Shown piece by piece: positions 1 to 8,232 of a stretch of 28,851 nt of DNA. The DNA comes from Armatimonadota bacterium (GTDB taxonomy: Bacteria; Vulcanimicrobiota; JACPDS01; JBDRKI01). Numbering within the stretch: the first letter of the stretch is position 1; each line of letters opens with the position of its first letter. The notes beneath the pieces were generated by a model. The model had not been told where the DNA came from and ran no database searches. It worked only from the letters and a program-made list of their open reading frames with translations. The stretch spans positions 1 to 28,851 of the forward strand of contig JBDRKI010000124.1 in assembly GCA_043814095.1 (NCBI GenBank), in the 5' to 3' direction. Both the position numbers and the translations under genes were made by a program.

Positions 1-156
1 ATAGATATGGTGGCCGAGCCTGTTTGTATTTCATGTTGACATTATATCATATAGCAACGAATTAATCTATCGAATAGAAAAACAAGGGAGCCATTCATCC
101 CCTGTTTAAAAACAGAAGCTTTCTGGCTAGTATTTTGTAAAAAACCGTACTTGTTT

Positions 157-1433
157 TTATGTATTTAACAGCCATTTCCAGATAGGAATATATTGGATTC
201 CGTTTTCCTTTTTTTCGGTATCTAAAGTGATTAAAATTAATTCCTCGGCCTTTTTAAATTCCAGTAGTGACTCTATTTCTCTTTTTTCGATTTTATCTCC
301 TACGGTAACATTAATAGCGCTTAATTTTCCGTTATCTTTTAGGATAAAATCAACTTCACCTTTATCTTTCCAGTAAAAAATTTCCTTTTCGTATTTTCTA
401 AGATTGTTTCCGATCAGGTTTTCCGCCAGCTTACCGGTATCATGCGAAAATCTAAAAGAAACAATATTTCTAATTCCATTATCCAGGCAGATTATTTTTT
501 TGGAATTTACTTTTTGAGATTTCAAAGAATAAGAAAAAATAGGAAATAAAAACACATAATCGGTTTCTTCTATAAAGGCAATATAATTTGACAGGGTTTG
601 CCTTGAAGAAGGCATAAGTTGCTTAACGCTTTTGAAGTATGAATTAACAGAAAACAAAGAGGCAGCGTTGGTAAAAAGAAATTTCAAGAGTTCTCTTAGA
701 AGCTGAGTGTTTTCTATTGAAAATCTTTCAGCCAGATCTTTAAAAACAAGAAGATTGAAATATTCCGTCAGGATTTTTTCTTTTAATATTATGTCGTTTT
801 CAATTGCTACTTCGGGAAAGCCCCCCCCCACTGCATGTAGGTTTCAAAAAGTTTTTTAATTTGGAATCTTTGAGGGGTATATTCAAAGTTTTTTTCAAGT
901 TCCACGCCGTTGAATTTAAGGAATTCATTAAAGCTTAGGGGATACAGCGGATAACTTATAGTCCGGCCTCTTAATGAGGTAGCGATTTCTTTGCTTAAAA
1001 GTTTTGATGATGATCCTGTAATGAAAATTTTTACTTTTTCTTTGTCGTGAATTCTTCTTATGAAAAGCTCCCAGTTTGTAATATTTTGGATCTCGTCAAA
1101 AAAAAGATAAACTTCTTTTTCTTTGTTGTCGGGATATAATTCAAAATATGCTTCCATAAAAGAATTTAAGTCTTTAACATCAAGCGGCAAAATTCTATCA
1201 TCTTCAAAATTTAAGTAAAAAATTCTTTCTTTAGGAATTTGATCTTTTATAAGTTTTTTAATTACCGTGTAAAGATAAAAACTTTTTCCGCTTCTGCGGG
1301 GTCCGTAAATAGAAATAATCTTATTGATTGAAAGCGGAATTTTTAATTCTCTTTCAAAAGTTTCGGGGAGTTTCTCGGAATGAAACTCCTTTATCAGTAA
1401 TTTAAATAATTCTTTTTTGCTATGGCTTTCCAT
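157..1433 (-). pseudogene. AAA_14 / DUF4143 family ATP-binding protein, split into two ORFs (807..1433 and 157..831) by a frameshift at a G9 tract (C9 at 821-829 on +)
   Basis: The N-half has Walker A GPRRSGKS, YLNFEDDR, Walker B FFDEIQ, ITGSSSKLL and LRGR. The C-half has the DUF4143-type KKIICLDNG, LAEN and GEVDFI motifs. The family motif WGGFPE is broken at TGG-GGG-GGG-GCT; a 7-G or 10-G tract would give one ORF of about 425 aa. Confidence 0.85.
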
Positions 1434-1508
1434 GTATTTATTATATAGTTGCCTTCCCGAAAAGTCATGTCCTTGTCAATAGTTGCCTTGTACGCAAGGC
1501 AACTATTG
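1434..1508 (-). promoter_or_regulatory. Putative leaderless sigma70 promoter of the AAA_14 gene with three ATAGTTGCCTT boxes
   Basis: On the minus strand: ATGACT (1468-1463), 17 bp, TATAAT (1445-1440), 6 nt, ATG (1433), with no Shine-Dalgarno. ATAGTTGCCTT occurs at 1445-1455 and in both arms of a perfect 14-bp inverted repeat, CAATAGTTGCCTTG-tacg-CAAGGCAACTATTG (1477-1508). Confidence 0.55.
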
Positions 1509-1550
1509 GAGTTTCTTCCGTGTAAAGTAAATTCTTCAAAAACGACTATT

Positions 1551-2288
1551 TTATTTGTTTTTTATCTTCTCCAGCATCTTGTCCCACTGTTTATTGCCTT
1601 CTTTTATATACATATCATAAGGAACAAGCGGCTTTTCCAGCTCTTCTTTCGTTTTATCCGAAAGATATCCGTCTTTAATAACTTCTTTCCCGCACATCTG
1701 CAGGAGCTTTTTGTATTTACCGGTAACCATCAGGTTAAGCATTAAGTTGTCAGCTTTTAAAAGTTCGCCTTCACCGCGGTATATCTCGGCGATTAGTTCG
1801 GAATCCATGTTTTTTGCCACTATCCGCGCCCATTGCTTCATGGGCTCAAAATGTATCTGCTCCGGAAACCCGCAGTTTGAAATAATGACAAGTTTAGGAG
1901 CTTTTTCTCCTGTTTTAAGATGTTTGCAGACGCCGTCTTTATCTTTCTCAAAATGGGGGTCTCCCATAGGAAGCAGGCGGTCTATGAAGTTTTTCATCAG
2001 GCCCGTCACATGGAAGAAATAAAGGGGGGTTGCTATTACAAATATATCCATATCTTTTAAAAGAGGCATTATATTCTGCATATCGTCTTTTATAACGCAT
2101 GCTCCGGGTGTCTTTATCCAGCAGGAGAAGCATCCCATGCAGTGCTTTATATTCTTCCCTGCAAGGTGTATATGCGAAGTTTCAGCCCCGGCACTTTTAG
2201 CGCCTTTTAAGAATTCTTCCACCATTATATGGGTGTTTGAATTTTTCCCGCGCGGGCTCCCGTTTACTGCTGTTATTTTCATAATCAT
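1551..2288 (-). CDS. Flavodoxin family / NADPH-dependent FMN reductase, iron-sulfur flavoprotein (Isf)-like
   Basis: It has the FMN phosphate loop GSPRGKNSNT, the compact 4Fe-4S motif CMGCFSC-x6-C followed by KDDM, and ATPLY and MKNFIDR. An AGGAG RBS lies upstream. Confidence 0.88.
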   Translation of the reverse strand: MIMKITAVNGSPRGKNSNTHIMVEEFLKGAKSAGAETSHIHLAGKNIKHCMGCFSCWIKTPGACVIKDDMQNIMPLLKDMDIFVIATPLYFFHVTGLMKNFIDRLLPMGDPHFEKDKDGVCKHLKTGEKAPKLVIISNCGFPEQIHFEPMKQWARIVAKNMDSELIAEIYRGEGELLKADNLMLNLMVTGKYKKLLQMCGKEVIKDGYLSDKTKEELEKPLVPYDMYIKEGNKQWDKMLEKIKNK

Positions 2289-2458
2289 ATCTCCTGTGCT
2301 ATTTTTAATACTAATTAATTGTGTGGTTTCTTTTTCAGTACGACACTCACCTCTTTTATCTATTAAAGCTTATTACAGGATTTTCCATAAAAATAAAGAA
2401 TAGCCTATCTTAAGCATTAAAACTATATAAATAATGTTTTTTTTAGGGAGGTGACATT

Positions 2459-5440
2459 ATGACCGTAAAAAGCTTATTAAGAAAAACAAGAACAAAAACA
2501 AAAAAGAAAACTGCAGCAAGGAAAAAGCAAGCGTCTGCGGATACCCCAGTAGAAAAAATTTATAAAGATTTGTATGCAAATGCTCCAGCAGCTTATTTCT
2601 CAATAAGTTCAGGCGGGATTATAGGGCGGTGCAATAAAAAAGCCTGTAGCCTTCTCGGGTATAAAGAAAAAGAACTGATTGGCAAACGTGTTTTTGAGCT
2701 TTATGCCGATACACCGGACGGGAAAGATAAGGCAAAAAAAATTTTTAAACGTTTTGTTAAGGGCGAGAAGATTGCTAATGAAGAGCTCCAGATGGAAAAA
2801 AAGAATGAAAAGACAATATGGATCAGCTTATCGGTAAGTCCCGTAAAAGATCCTCTTAATAAAGTAATAGCAAGTCGTTCGGTTGTTATTGATATAACCG
2901 AGCAGAAAAAAAACAAAGAAGAAAGTAAAAAAAGTTCTGAAATTTATAAAGCGCTTATTGAATCTGCAGATGACCTTATATATATGATGGATAAAAAAGG
3001 CAGGTTGATATCTTTTAATAAAGCTACAGAGAAAGCCTTCGGCAAGCCTGCATCTAAAATAAAGGGCAGGACATATCATGAACTTTTCCCCAAAAAACAG
3101 GCGGACTCTTTTGTGAAAAACCATAATAAGGTTATAAGGACCGGGGAAGTATTTAGCGAGGAATCTGTTTTAAAGGTTGGCGGAAATAAATTCTGGACAA
3201 GCGTTGTTCTTGCCCCCGTTAAGGATAATAAGGGCGGAGTTTTTGCGGTTATGGGCATAAGCAGGGATATAACCGACAGGAAAAAAGCCGAGAGAAAATA
3301 TTCTCTTGTTGTGCAGAATTCCTTTGACGGTTTCTGGCTGACAGATACAAAAGGCCGTTTTTTAGATGTCAATGAAGCGTACTGCAAAATGACGGGCTAT
3401 TCAAAATCTGAGTTGATGAAAATGAAGGTGATAGATGTTGAAATAATCGAGTCTTCTGAAGAAACACAAAAACATATAGAAAAAGTTATGCGTAATGGCT
3501 ATGACAAATTTGAGACGCGCCACAGGCGCAGGAATGGCGGCATTATAGATGTTGAGATAAGTGTTAATTATCTGGATGCCCGGGAGCTTGAAGAGTCGCA
3601 GTTTGCCGTATTTATAAGGAATATTACAGACCGCAAGGTGGTAGAACAGGCGCTTGCACAAAACAGGCGCAGTCTTCTTGAGGCCCAGAAAATCGCTCAT
3701 TTAGGCAGCTGGGACTGGGATGTAGGGAGCGGAATTCTTACCTGGTCTGATGAGATGTTTCGCATCTGGGGTTTTGAGCCGGGAGAATTTGTTCCTAAAT
3801 ATGAAGATTTTTTAAATTCCCTTCATCCTGATGATCTTGAAGTTGTAAAAAAAGCGGTAAATGATACACTTACATTAAATAAGCCGTATGATATAGAATA
3901 CCGTATAAAGCTCCATCGCGGCGGTGAACGTATAGTAAAAGCACAGGGGATGGCGGATTTTGCCCCCGATGGAAATCCGGTAAGAATGTTTGGTACAGCT
4001 CTGGATATTACCGAGCAAAAAGAAAAACAGGGCAAAATTTTAAAGCAGTCCAAAATTATCAGCGGTATAAACAAAATTTTCTCTGAAGCTCTTATATGTG
4101 AAACAGAAGAAAAGCTTGCCAAGAAATTTCTTGAAGTTGCAGAGAATGTATCAGGCAGTAAATTTGGGTTTGTCGGGGAATTAAATTCCAAAGGTCTTTT
4201 TGATACAATTGCTGTTAGTAATCCAGGATGGGATTCATGCAATATGGCTGTTACCGATGCCAGAAAGTATACAGTAAGCATGCCGATTAGAGGGATTGAC
4301 AGGATGACTCTCAAAGAGGGAAAACCGCGTATTGTAAATGATACCGTTTCACATCCCGACAGGATAGGAGTTCCCGAAGGGCACCCCGCGATCACTTGTT
4401 TTCTAGGTGTTCCATTAAATCAGGGGAGCAGAGTTATCGGAATGATAGGCCTGGCTAATAAAGAAACCGGCTATGATATTCTGGATCAAGAATATATAGA
4501 AGCTCTTTCAGTAGCTTTTGTTGAGGCACTGTATAAAAAAAGAGCCGATCGGGCAGTCAAAGAATCGGAATCCAGATTCAAACTGCTTTTTGACAGTTTA
4601 ACCGAAGGAGTTGCTCTGGGGGATATGGAAACCGGAAACCTGTATATGGTTAATGACAAGTTTGCCGAGATGACTGGTTATTCTAAGGAAGAATTGAGAA
4701 ATTTTTCTCCAGTAAATTTTCATCCGCAGAAAAATGCAAAGTTTGTCTCCGGCGTGTTTGAAAAAGCGGCAACAGGAGAAGAACGTTTTGTTAAAGACAT
4801 TCCTTATATGAGAAAAGACAGAAGTGTATTTTATGCCGATATGGGATTAAATATGATTGAACTAGAAGGTAAGAAATATATGATGGTTTCGGTCAGGGAT
4901 ATAAGCGAATTAAAAGAACTCCGGATAAAAGAACAGGAAGAAAGGGAGAGAGCCGGGCTGTATCTTAACATAGCAGGAGTAATAATAGTTGCTCTTGACG
5001 GCGAAGGGAAAGTAACCCTTATAAATAAAAAGGGGTGTGAGGTTCTGGAGCATGAACTCGGGGATATTATCGGTAAAAACTGGTTTGATAATTTTTTGCC
5101 TGAAATAATGAGAGATGAAGTGAAAGAATCCTTCCATAAAATTATTTCGGGGGACTTGGAGGGTCTGGAGTATTATGAGAATCCTGTTTTGACCAAATCA
5201 GGAGAAAAACGTCTTATTGCATGGCATAATACATATATTAAAGACGAGAAAGGATCTGTTTGCGGGACTCTAACTTCAGGAGAAGATATAACCGAGAAAA
5301 CAGAGATTAAAAAACAGATGGAAAGCCGCCTGCACGAGCTGGAGGTCTTTCATAAGGCCGCTATAGATAGGGAAGACAGAATACTTGAGTTAAAAAAGAA
5401 GATTCAGGAGCTGGAAGAAGGCAAGGAGGATGAAGAATGA
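2459..5440 (+). CDS. Cytoplasmic multi-PAS/PAC + GAF sensor protein with no output domain
   Basis: About six PAS/PAC units end in DITEQK, DITDRK, NITDRK, DITEQK, DISELK and DITEK. It has the PAS_3-type AQKIAHLGSWDWD and a GAF (FLGVPL...GMIGLANK). It ends in a short coiled coil with no H-box, GGDEF or EAL. A GGGAGGT RBS precedes it. Confidence 0.88.
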   Translation: MTVKSLLRKTRTKTKKKTAARKKQASADTPVEKIYKDLYANAPAAYFSISSGGIIGRCNKKACSLLGYKEKELIGKRVFELYADTPDGKDKAKKIFKRFVKGEKIANEELQMEKKNEKTIWISLSVSPVKDPLNKVIASRSVVIDITEQKKNKEESKKSSEIYKALIESADDLIYMMDKKGRLISFNKATEKAFGKPASKIKGRTYHELFPKKQADSFVKNHNKVIRTGEVFSEESVLKVGGNKFWTSVVLAPVKDNKGGVFAVMGISRDITDRKKAERKYSLVVQNSFDGFWLTDTKGRFLDVNEAYCKMTGYSKSELMKMKVIDVEIIESSEETQKHIEKVMRNGYDKFETRHRRRNGGIIDVEISVNYLDARELEESQFAVFIRNITDRKVVEQALAQNRRSLLEAQKIAHLGSWDWDVGSGILTWSDEMFRIWGFEPGEFVPKYEDFLNSLHPDDLEVVKKAVNDTLTLNKPYDIEYRIKLHRGGERIVKAQGMADFAPDGNPVRMFGTALDITEQKEKQGKILKQSKIISGINKIFSEALICETEEKLAKKFLEVAENVSGSKFGFVGELNSKGLFDTIAVSNPGWDSCNMAVTDARKYTVSMPIRGIDRMTLKEGKPRIVNDTVSHPDRIGVPEGHPAITCFLGVPLNQGSRVIGMIGLANKETGYDILDQEYIEALSVAFVEALYKKRADRAVKESESRFKLLFDSLTEGVALGDMETGNLYMVNDKFAEMTGYSKEELRNFSPVNFHPQKNAKFVSGVFEKAATGEERFVKDIPYMRKDRSVFYADMGLNMIELEGKKYMMVSVRDISELKELRIKEQEERERAGLYLNIAGVIIVALDGEGKVTLINKKGCEVLEHELGDIIGKNWFDNFLPEIMRDEVKESFHKIISGDLEGLEYYENPVLTKSGEKRLIAWHNTYIKDEKGSVCGTLTSGEDITEKTEIKKQMESRLHELEVFHKAAIDREDRILELKKKIQELEEGKEDEE

Positions 5441-5982
5441 AAGGTATAATATTTAACCTGCTTGAGGATTTTGCCGTTGAGGCGGCCGGAGAAGAGAAAT
5501 TTGAAGAGATATTAAGCAAGTGCAACCTAAAAACAAAGGAGCCTTTTGTGGGTCCGGGCAGCTACCCCGACGGGGATCTGTCAGAAATAGTAGATAAAGC
5601 AAGTAAGCTTCTGGGAATAGAAAAACTTGAACTTATACGGAAGTTCGGCAGGTTTGCTTTCGCTGGGCTGGCGGAAAAATTTCCCGTTTTTGTTGAAGGA
5701 AAAACCGCACATGAATTTATAAAATCAATCAACGACATACACTTTATAGAAGTAAAGAAGTTGTATGAGGATGCAAATCCTCCCCGGTTTGAGTATGAAG
5801 AAATATCGCCCGATAAAATGATATTATATTATAGGTCAGAAAGAAAGCTTTGTCCTTTGATAATGGGGATAATAGAAGGTATATCTGATTATTATAAAAC
5901 GCCTATTGAAGTTAAAAAGGTAAAATGTATGCTTGACGGGGCTCCTGAATGCGTGTTTGAACTTAATTTCGGCAAGAGTTAA
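5437..5982 (+). CDS. Heme NO/O2-binding (H-NOX/HNOB) protein
   Basis: It has the MKGIIF N-terminus, the YPD and FG motifs, His102, PP115-116, the heme YxSxR motif (YRSER) and Cys139/164/172. Length is 181 aa, with an ATGA overlap with the upstream gene. Confidence 0.92.
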   Translation: MKGIIFNLLEDFAVEAAGEEKFEEILSKCNLKTKEPFVGPGSYPDGDLSEIVDKASKLLGIEKLELIRKFGRFAFAGLAEKFPVFVEGKTAHEFIKSINDIHFIEVKKLYEDANPPRFEYEEISPDKMILYYRSERKLCPLIMGIIEGISDYYKTPIEVKKVKCMLDGAPECVFELNFGKS

Positions 5983-5994
5983 CGGAGATTATAA

Positions 5995-7311
5995 ATGACG
6001 GAAGATATTTTAAAAAATAAATTAGCGCGCGCCGAAAAGAAAGTTTCTATTCTTGAAGAAATGATAGAAACAAAGACAAGGGAGCTTTACCTTGAAAAAG
6101 AAGCTCTTGCAAAAGCCAAAGAGCGGGCGGAAAAAATAACGAAGATTACACCCAGCGCGGTTTTTACCGTTGACGCAAAACGCAGTATAACCGGATGGAA
6201 CAAACGCGCGGAAGAGATAACCGGCTATACGGCGGAAGAGATAACCGGCAAAAAATGCGGCATTTTTGCGGCATATCCCTGCAATGAAAAATGCGGCGTT
6301 TACGCGGATGATGTTCCTAAACCGATAACCGGAAAAGAATGCACCATAAAAGCAAAGAACGGTTGTTTGCGCTACATATCAAAAAATGCCGATTTAATAA
6401 AGGACAGCTCCGGCAATATAACCGGAGCCATAGAGAGTTTTGAGGATATAACCCAGCGCAAAGAGGCGGAAGAGGAAATTAAAAAAATAAACGAAGCACT
6501 GGCGGCAAAACTTAAGGAAGAAGAGCGCAATAAATTAATTATGATAAGCATCCTGGATGATGTTACCGAGACAAGAGATAAATTAAGACAGGTTACCGAG
6601 GATCTTGTCCGTTCAAACCAAGACCTTGAGCAGTTTGCTTATGTGGCTTCTCACGATCTCCAGGAGCCGTTGAGAATGGTCGCGAGCTATGTCCAGCTTA
6701 TTGAACAGAGATATAAAGATATGCTGGATGATGAAGCCAGAGAATTTATTAATTATGCCGTTGAAGGCGCGCATAGGATGCAGGCGCTTGTAAATGACCT
6801 TTTGGCTTACTCAAGGGTAGGGACCAAGGGCAAGTCTTTTGAGAAAACGGATTTAAACGCAGTGATTGAAGACGCCATTAACAACCTAAAAATATCCATA
6901 AGCGATAATAATGCCAAAATAACCAAAGAGAATCTCCCGGCGGTTAAGGGAGATTCGGTACAGCTTGGACAGCTCTTTCAGAATCTTATTGCTAACGCGC
7001 TAAAATTTAAAGGAGATAAAAATCCTGAAATTCATATAGGCGCTGAAGATAAAGAAGCCGAATATCTTTTTTCCGTTAAAGATAACGGGATAGGTATAGA
7101 TCCTAAATTTAAAGAAAGAATATTTATTATTTTCCAGCGGCTTCATAAAAGAACAGAATATGAAGGAACGGGAATAGGTCTTGCGGTATGCAAAAAGATA
7201 GTTGAGCGGCATGGGGGGAGTATCTGGGTTGAATCCGATCCAGGGAAAGGTTCTGTTTTTTATTTTACAATATCGAAGATAATAAAAAAGGAGGCAATTG
7301 CCAATGTTTAA
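5995..7311 (+). CDS. H-NOX-associated PAS sensor histidine kinase (COG4251/phytochrome-type transmitter)
   Basis: The N-terminal coiled coil ends in ETKTRELY, as in H-NOX partner kinases. One PAS follows, then H-box FAYVASHDLQEPLR, N-box QLFQNLIANALKF, G1 VKDNGIGI, F-box IFQRLH and G2 GTGIGLA. Confidence 0.92.
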   Translation: MTEDILKNKLARAEKKVSILEEMIETKTRELYLEKEALAKAKERAEKITKITPSAVFTVDAKRSITGWNKRAEEITGYTAEEITGKKCGIFAAYPCNEKCGVYADDVPKPITGKECTIKAKNGCLRYISKNADLIKDSSGNITGAIESFEDITQRKEAEEEIKKINEALAAKLKEEERNKLIMISILDDVTETRDKLRQVTEDLVRSNQDLEQFAYVASHDLQEPLRMVASYVQLIEQRYKDMLDDEAREFINYAVEGAHRMQALVNDLLAYSRVGTKGKSFEKTDLNAVIEDAINNLKISISDNNAKITKENLPAVKGDSVQLGQLFQNLIANALKFKGDKNPEIHIGAEDKEAEYLFSVKDNGIGIDPKFKERIFIIFQRLHKRTEYEGTGIGLAVCKKIVERHGGSIWVESDPGKGSVFYFTISKIIKKEAIANV

Positions 7312-7741
7312 TGAAAAATCGATTGATATCCTGCTTGTGGAAGATAACCCGGCAGATGCGCGTCTTACACTGGAAGCTTTAAAGACAAGCAAGGTAAGTA
7401 ATATCATTAATGTGGTTGAAGACGGCGAAGAAGCTATGCAGTATTTAAAGAAGGAAGGAAAATATGAGGGTTCTGCGACTCCCGACCTTATCCTCCTTGA
7501 TTTAAACCTTCCCAAAAAAGACGGCAGAGAAGTTCTTAAAGAGGTAAAAGAAGATGATAATTTAAAAAGAATTCCGGTTGTAATTTTAACCTCATCTCAA
7601 GCCGAAGAAGATATAATAAAATCTTATAATTACCATGCCAACTGCTATATAAACAAGCCCGTTGATTTTGAAAACTTTTTAAAAGTTGTACACATAATAG
7701 AAGATTTCTGGCTGAATGTAGTAAAGCTTCCCAGAGATTAA
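7304..7741 (+). CDS. Single-domain response regulator, Rcp1-like (copy 1)
   Basis: Motifs are ILLVEDNPAD, PDLILLDLNLPKKDG, VVILTSS, ANCYINKP and DFWL. The ATG at 7304 follows GGAGG and overlaps the kinase stop. Confidence 0.92.
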   Translation: MFNEKSIDILLVEDNPADARLTLEALKTSKVSNIINVVEDGEEAMQYLKKEGKYEGSATPDLILLDLNLPKKDGREVLKEVKEDDNLKRIPVVILTSSQAEEDIIKSYNYHANCYINKPVDFENFLKVVHIIEDFWLNVVKLPRD

Positions 7742-8051
7742 TATTCTGTTTGAAAGGTTTATAAAATATGGATGACAAACTTATTAATGGTGACTTGCTT
7801 TCTATTCTGCTTGTTGAAGACAACCCGGCAGATGTGCGCCTTACGATGGAAGCTCTGAAGACCAGCAGGATAAGAAATAATATTGACGTGGTTAATGACG
7901 GTGAAGAGGCGATGGCGTATTTAAAGAAGGAAGGAAAATACAAAGATGTTTCAACTCCCGATCTTATTCTTCTTGATTTAAACCTTCCCAGAAAAGACGG
8001 GAGGGAAGTTCTTAAAGAGGTAAAAGAAGATGATAATTTAAAAAGAATTCC
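7441..8051 (+). repeat. Identical DNA segments shared by the two receiver genes (476-bp offset)
   Basis: 47 bp are identical at 7529-7575 and 8005-8051, and 24 bp are identical at 7441-7464 and 7917-7940. Confidence 0.85.
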
Positions 8052-8223
8052 CGTGGTGGTTCTTACCACATCCCGCGCGGAAGAAGATATAATAAAGGCA
8101 TATGAATATCAGGCCAACAGCTACATAGCTAAGCCGGTAGATTTTAAAAATTTCTTAAAAATCGTGCATTCAATAGAGAATTTCTGGTTTAATTTTGTGA
8201 AACTTCCCAAAAAGGAGCAATAA
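7768..8223 (+). CDS. Single-domain response regulator, Rcp1-like (copy 2)
   Basis: It has the same motifs as 7304..7741 (LLVEDNPAD, LLDLNLPRKDG, ANSYIAKP, NFWF) and is a tandem paralogue. Confidence 0.92.
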   Translation: MDDKLINGDLLSILLVEDNPADVRLTMEALKTSRIRNNIDVVNDGEEAMAYLKKEGKYKDVSTPDLILLDLNLPRKDGREVLKEVKEDDNLKRIPVVVLTTSRAEEDIIKAYEYQANSYIAKPVDFKNFLKIVHSIENFWFNFVKLPKKEQ

Positions 8224-8232
8224 GCGGTTTTT

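Noticed and set aside
78-125. Small hairpins downstream of the AAA_14 gene
   Set aside because: The stems are short or imperfect, which is insufficient to call a terminator or ncRNA.
1449-2403. Plus-strand ORFs 1449..1745, 1711..2022 and 2137..2403
   Set aside because: They are antisense to the flavoprotein gene and have no motifs.
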